DNA of 64,000 nt, from contig OX597824.1 of the NCBI GenBank assembly GCA_951406725.2, positions 99,916,489 through 99,980,488 of the forward strand, in the 5' to 3' direction. This document shows positions 60,035 through 64,000 of this stretch, in pieces. Positions within the stretch are counted from its first letter, which is position 1, and each line of letters opens with the position of its first letter. Made by a program: the position numbers and the translations under genes. The DNA comes from Octopus vulgaris. Its lineage: Eukaryota. Below the pieces are notes generated by a model. That model made no database searches. It saw nothing but the letters and a program-made list of their open reading frames with translations, and was not told where the DNA came from.

Positions 60035-60316
60035 GTAAGTACATAATTTTTTTGTTGAATTAAGTTTTCTGTTAGTTAACCATAGCTGTTTGTAAATTGA
60101 ACAACTGTTTCTCTGTGTATATTGAACAATTTCCATAAGACATATATGTTTGCAAATGTAAAATATGTTTGTTTCCCAATACCATGGTTTAGGGTCTAGT
60201 TCTACTGTGTGGCATTTTGGGCAAGAGTATTCGACTATAGGTAGGGACCAACAAATGCATTTTTAGTAAAAGTGGTTGATGGGAACTATATGATCCTTAT
60301 TGCATTTGTGTGTGTG

Positions 60317-60418
60317 TATACACCATATCAATTATGTGATGCATAATACACCATATCAATTATGTGATGCATGTTATACACCATATCAATTATGTGATGC
60401 ATGTTATGTGATGCATGT
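60317..60418. repeat. ~29-bp tandem repeat, 3 copies (atacaccatatcaattatgtgatgcat)
   Basis: Direct inspection. Confidence 0.9.
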
Positions 60419-60599
60419 TGACAAAAAGTGCAAAAATACTCATTGAAAAATCAAAATAATTTAGAGTAATATCAAGAAGGGATGTGGAATGGATAGTGAA
60501 AGGTCTGGCTTGGAAGGTGTCCCACAGTATTGCAGCCTGGGCCTATGTGTCATCTTGCTACTGCAAGAGAGTACAGACCATTGAATGTTTGTGAAATAT

Positions 60600-61000
60600 T
60601 GGCATCTAAGATTATGAACACTTTGGATTTACTGATTACCTTGATGTCAGTGAGATTGCCATTGTCAAACAAGAGATTTGTTATTTTAGTAAGTGTCTAC
60701 CCTCCAACCATGTGTTCCTCTGAAGAGAAAAAAAGACTAATATTTTATCTTTCATGAAAAAAGCTTCTGTGCAGTGTTCTTTCTGCTTATAAAATCTTCA
60801 TACTTGGTGATTTGAATGAAAGCATTTGCAGAGATAAAAAAATTTGGGATATAATTGGGAAACATGAAGCCAGAAAATACAATAGTAATGGCTTGTTTAG
60901 TACTGCAAATGTGTTCGATTTTTGCATATACTGGGTAACTGTCAATCTCCTAGTGTGGAGCATGCTGTATTTGAGCACCAAATATGTGGGAGTATTTATG
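60600..61000 (+). mobile_element. Degenerate APE endonuclease fragment of an RTE/BovB-type LINE
   Basis: LMSVRLPLSNKRFVILVSVYPPT..S.EEKK..FY, then ILGDLN...D...W..IIGKH.....NSNG. Confidence 0.72.
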
Positions 61001-61302
61001 TGATCAAGATGAAAGGCAATTAGGTCTCTCATTAATTTCTGTTTGGTGAGTTGGCCCTGAGGAAAAATCTTGGGAACAAATTGAAATTAAGGCATGAATG
61101 CATTAGAGACACTTAGAGGATCTAGATCAAATTAGAGACAGTGAAAACATCACAAAGTTTTTGATGGAAAAAATTGTTTCATGTTGGAATGAGTGAATTT
61201 GAATGAATGTCAATAAAATCTTAGTGTGCATGAAAAGCTTGAGAGAGATTTTTGAAAAGGTCTTAATATTAATGTTTCCATTGTGTTTTGCTTCAAAAAC
61301 TA

Positions 61303-62510
61303 CATAGACATGACAGAATTAAATAGACATCCTTATAATTGTTAAAATTTATTTAAATTATTTATTAATTATTATAATGTGAATATCTAATATTTAGTAG
61401 ACAGGCTCCTTGCATTTTTGAATGCAAGGACCCTAGCAGGCATGCTACTGATCTGATGAATATTCTCTTCATGATTTTCTTGCCAAGTTTCTTGCAGTAA
61501 TATCAAAAGATCTGGCTTTAAGGATGCTTTCTTTTTCTTTTTAGGAAGTATCCCATCCATCATGCCTCAGAGGTGTTCAGTAGGGTTCATATCTGGTGAT
61601 TGGCTTAGCTATGGAAGCTTTTTAATGCCATTCTCTTCCAACCAATCCTGGGTCTTTTAGTTGTGCAAGAAAGCCCTATCTTCCATAAATAGTGTTATTT
61701 AATCATTTACCCCTGGAGGTTATAGGAAGAAGATTTTTCTATAATATGGACACATATTTATCTGAGTTTATGTATCCCTCACATTCCACCATTTCTGATT
61801 GACTATTGCTCCAAACTGCTCTCTAGACCATCACATGTTTCATTGTTGGCTGCAATATATTCACGTGAAAATATTGGTGACTGATTCTCCAGACCCACAT
61901 TCGACCAGTGTCAGAAAATACAGCAAATCTGGATTCATCAGAGAATTTGACAGTGTCCCAAAGTGCTAGTGACCTCTCTACCATCTCACTTGTCCAATCT
62001 TTTCTCCATTTGATATTGGCTGGTCGAAGCAGTGTCTTCTTTCTTGCTGCTCTGCCATAATAGCCAATTTTGCGGAGATAACTGACAGCTATTCTGGGAC
62101 TGACATCAACTTATTCTGCTATATTGGAGGCCTTGCAATGAGGATTATCTTACACACTTCTCTTAAGAAAGCAAAGTGTTCTGTCAGAGGGCCTTAGTCT
62201 ACCTGGGTAAGGTGATATGGACTACTTTCCGTTTAGTGAATTGAAAAATTACTCTATTTACTGTAGAAAGTGAATCACAATGTTTTCTGTGGTTTTAGGC
62301 TAAGTCAGCCTTGAAATAGGTGCAGCATATGGCCTCTTTGTAAATTGGACATTTTTAAGGCTTCTTTTGTACATGGCATGATTAAACAGTTACATATAGA
62401 ACCTGAAACATATAAATGTCAATTAATAAAAAAAATATAAACCTCTTCAAGTTATAATAACCATAAAACAATGTGTTAATGGGTATCTATTTACTTTTGT
62501 CATGTTTGTG
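61303..62510 (-). mobile_element. Near full-length Tc1-family transposon relic
   Basis: TA-flanked imperfect TIRs (61301-61332 vs 62481-62512, 26/32 matches). Minus-strand remnants WDTVKFSDESRF and SPDMNPTEHL*. Confidence 0.85.
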
Positions 62511-63254
62511 TACAAATGTATCATTTGTAAGAACTGCACTTTGAAAGAAAAAAGAAAACCTTTAGTAGAAAATTAGCATTAGCTACGACAATGTTACCTA
62601 ACTATTAAATCTTATATTTTTCAAACTCATGCTAGGATGGAAAAATGAACGTAGATATGAGACTTATTTTTACACATGTATTGATGCATATAAAACATGA
62701 AATTATGTTGTCTACATACTTAAATACTTGCAATTAATTCATTGTAAGAACATAGAAATTTGACAGGTTTTCTTGAGTTGTTGCTCATCTACAATAATCT
62801 GATAAGTTTGAGGTTATTGTTGGTTGCATAAGATTGTCATTGAATTTTCTCTCGACAGAAATATCTAATCATTTTATCCATACTAGCATGGGTTGTGTGT
62901 GTCATGTTGATATCTGTTTCAGTTTAATTCCCTCTGCAATAGTTTCTTTTTTTTGTGTTTATGCAATATGGTACTTTCATAAAATACAGTCGTCTCTTGC
63001 CTTACACAGTATTCTGTTTCTTAGTTTCACTTTAGCACAATTTTGCTCATTTTCCTCTATTTGTTTCTTTTTGTTTTTGTTTTTACAAATATAGAAGTAG
63101 TACTTGCTTCAGTTTCTCATTATATTTTGTTAAATATTTTTGAATTTGAAATATTAAAATTGATTTCACTGGAAATGAAAATTCAATGTATAAAATTAAC
63201 TTTAAACTAGAAGATGTTCAGCATAAAATGCAAAAGTTTTACAAAAAGAATTGT

Positions 63255-63960
63255 CATCATCATTTAATTGGCTTGGGTTGGACAGTTTCATCAGGGCTGG
63301 TAAGCTGAGGGTCTGCAGCAGACTCCAGTCTTGATTTGTCATTGTTTCTATGGCTGGATGCCCTTCTTAACATCAAGCACTCCATGAGTGTTGTGGGCAG
63401 GGGTTGTGAAAAAAGTAATTGATGGGAAATTAATTACAATATATTGTCTTCTAAGGCACGGCATGTCATGAAAGGTGTCTGTCATTAGTCATTGCCTTTA
63501 TAAGTTCCAACAGTCAAAGATCATGCATTACCACCTTGTCCAATGCCTTCTTATGTCTGCTTCTTCTGCCATGTAGCATAGTTGTCTGCACAGGTATAAT
63601 AAATCTGGCTTTCACTCTGAAGGAGAGACCCTTAGTTACCAAACAGAGGAAGGAGCTCTCTGAATTTGCTCAGCCTATTTTTATTCTTGCAGCCACACTC
63701 TTGGTTCATCCACCTCTGCTACTGACTTTGTTGCTCAACAATCTTTATCGTACTCCTCTGGTATTTGATGAAGCCCATTTTCTGTACACTTTTAGTGTTT
63801 ACTGTACATGTGCACTTTCCACATACAAAATATATTTTCCCAGTTTACCTTCCTCTGATATTGCTACACCTATTATGTGTTATACAGAGTACATCTACCT
63901 ACCTGTTTCCTTCATATTGAGGATGGCCATGTACCTGAAGGGCTTTACGATTTATCTGTT
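63255..63960 (-). mobile_element. Degenerate RTE tail and ORF fragments
   Basis: catcatcatt...ggctggatgcccttc tail, then reverse-complement ARIKIG*ANSESSFLC / RVSPSE remnants collinear with other RTE copies. Confidence 0.75.
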
Positions 63961-64000
63961 TTCCTACTTACTAAGACTTTGGGTTAGGGTTGGGTAGGTT

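Overview
This is AT-rich, intron- and repeat-rich animal DNA, most consistent with an octopus or other coleoid cephalopod. That call is inferred from the RTE/SINE repertoire and the CDICGKSF...HTGEKPY-type C2H2 array. There is no prokaryotic content. In order, the window holds: (1) a ~6.9 kb array of a 66-bp unit (1-6870) running directly into the 3' tail of an RTE-clade LINE, i.e. an amplified LINE 3'-UTR repeat; the 1900-2000 aa ORFs there are artefacts; (2) the last seven coding exons (7276-27879, +) of a Tuba/DNMBP/ARHGEF37-like BAR+SH3 gene, with RTE copies, SINEs and a non-autonomous Helitron in its introns; (3) an orphan minus-strand transmembrane-encoding exon candidate (29390-29526); (4) a ~15.8 kb satellite (30106-45956) built from 5-bp modules (GACGT/TAAAT/GACAT) with higher-order duplications and inversions; (5) a transposon-dense zone with a ~14-finger C2H2 zinc-finger pseudogene interrupted by a young RTE (7-bp TSD), a HERO-like RLE retrotransposon tail, a SINE with a degenerate hammerhead, a CR1 fragment and a Tc1 relic with TIRs. 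The most interesting theme is that one RTE family appears to seed tandem DNA: clearly for the 66-bp array and speculatively for the 10/15-bp satellite.
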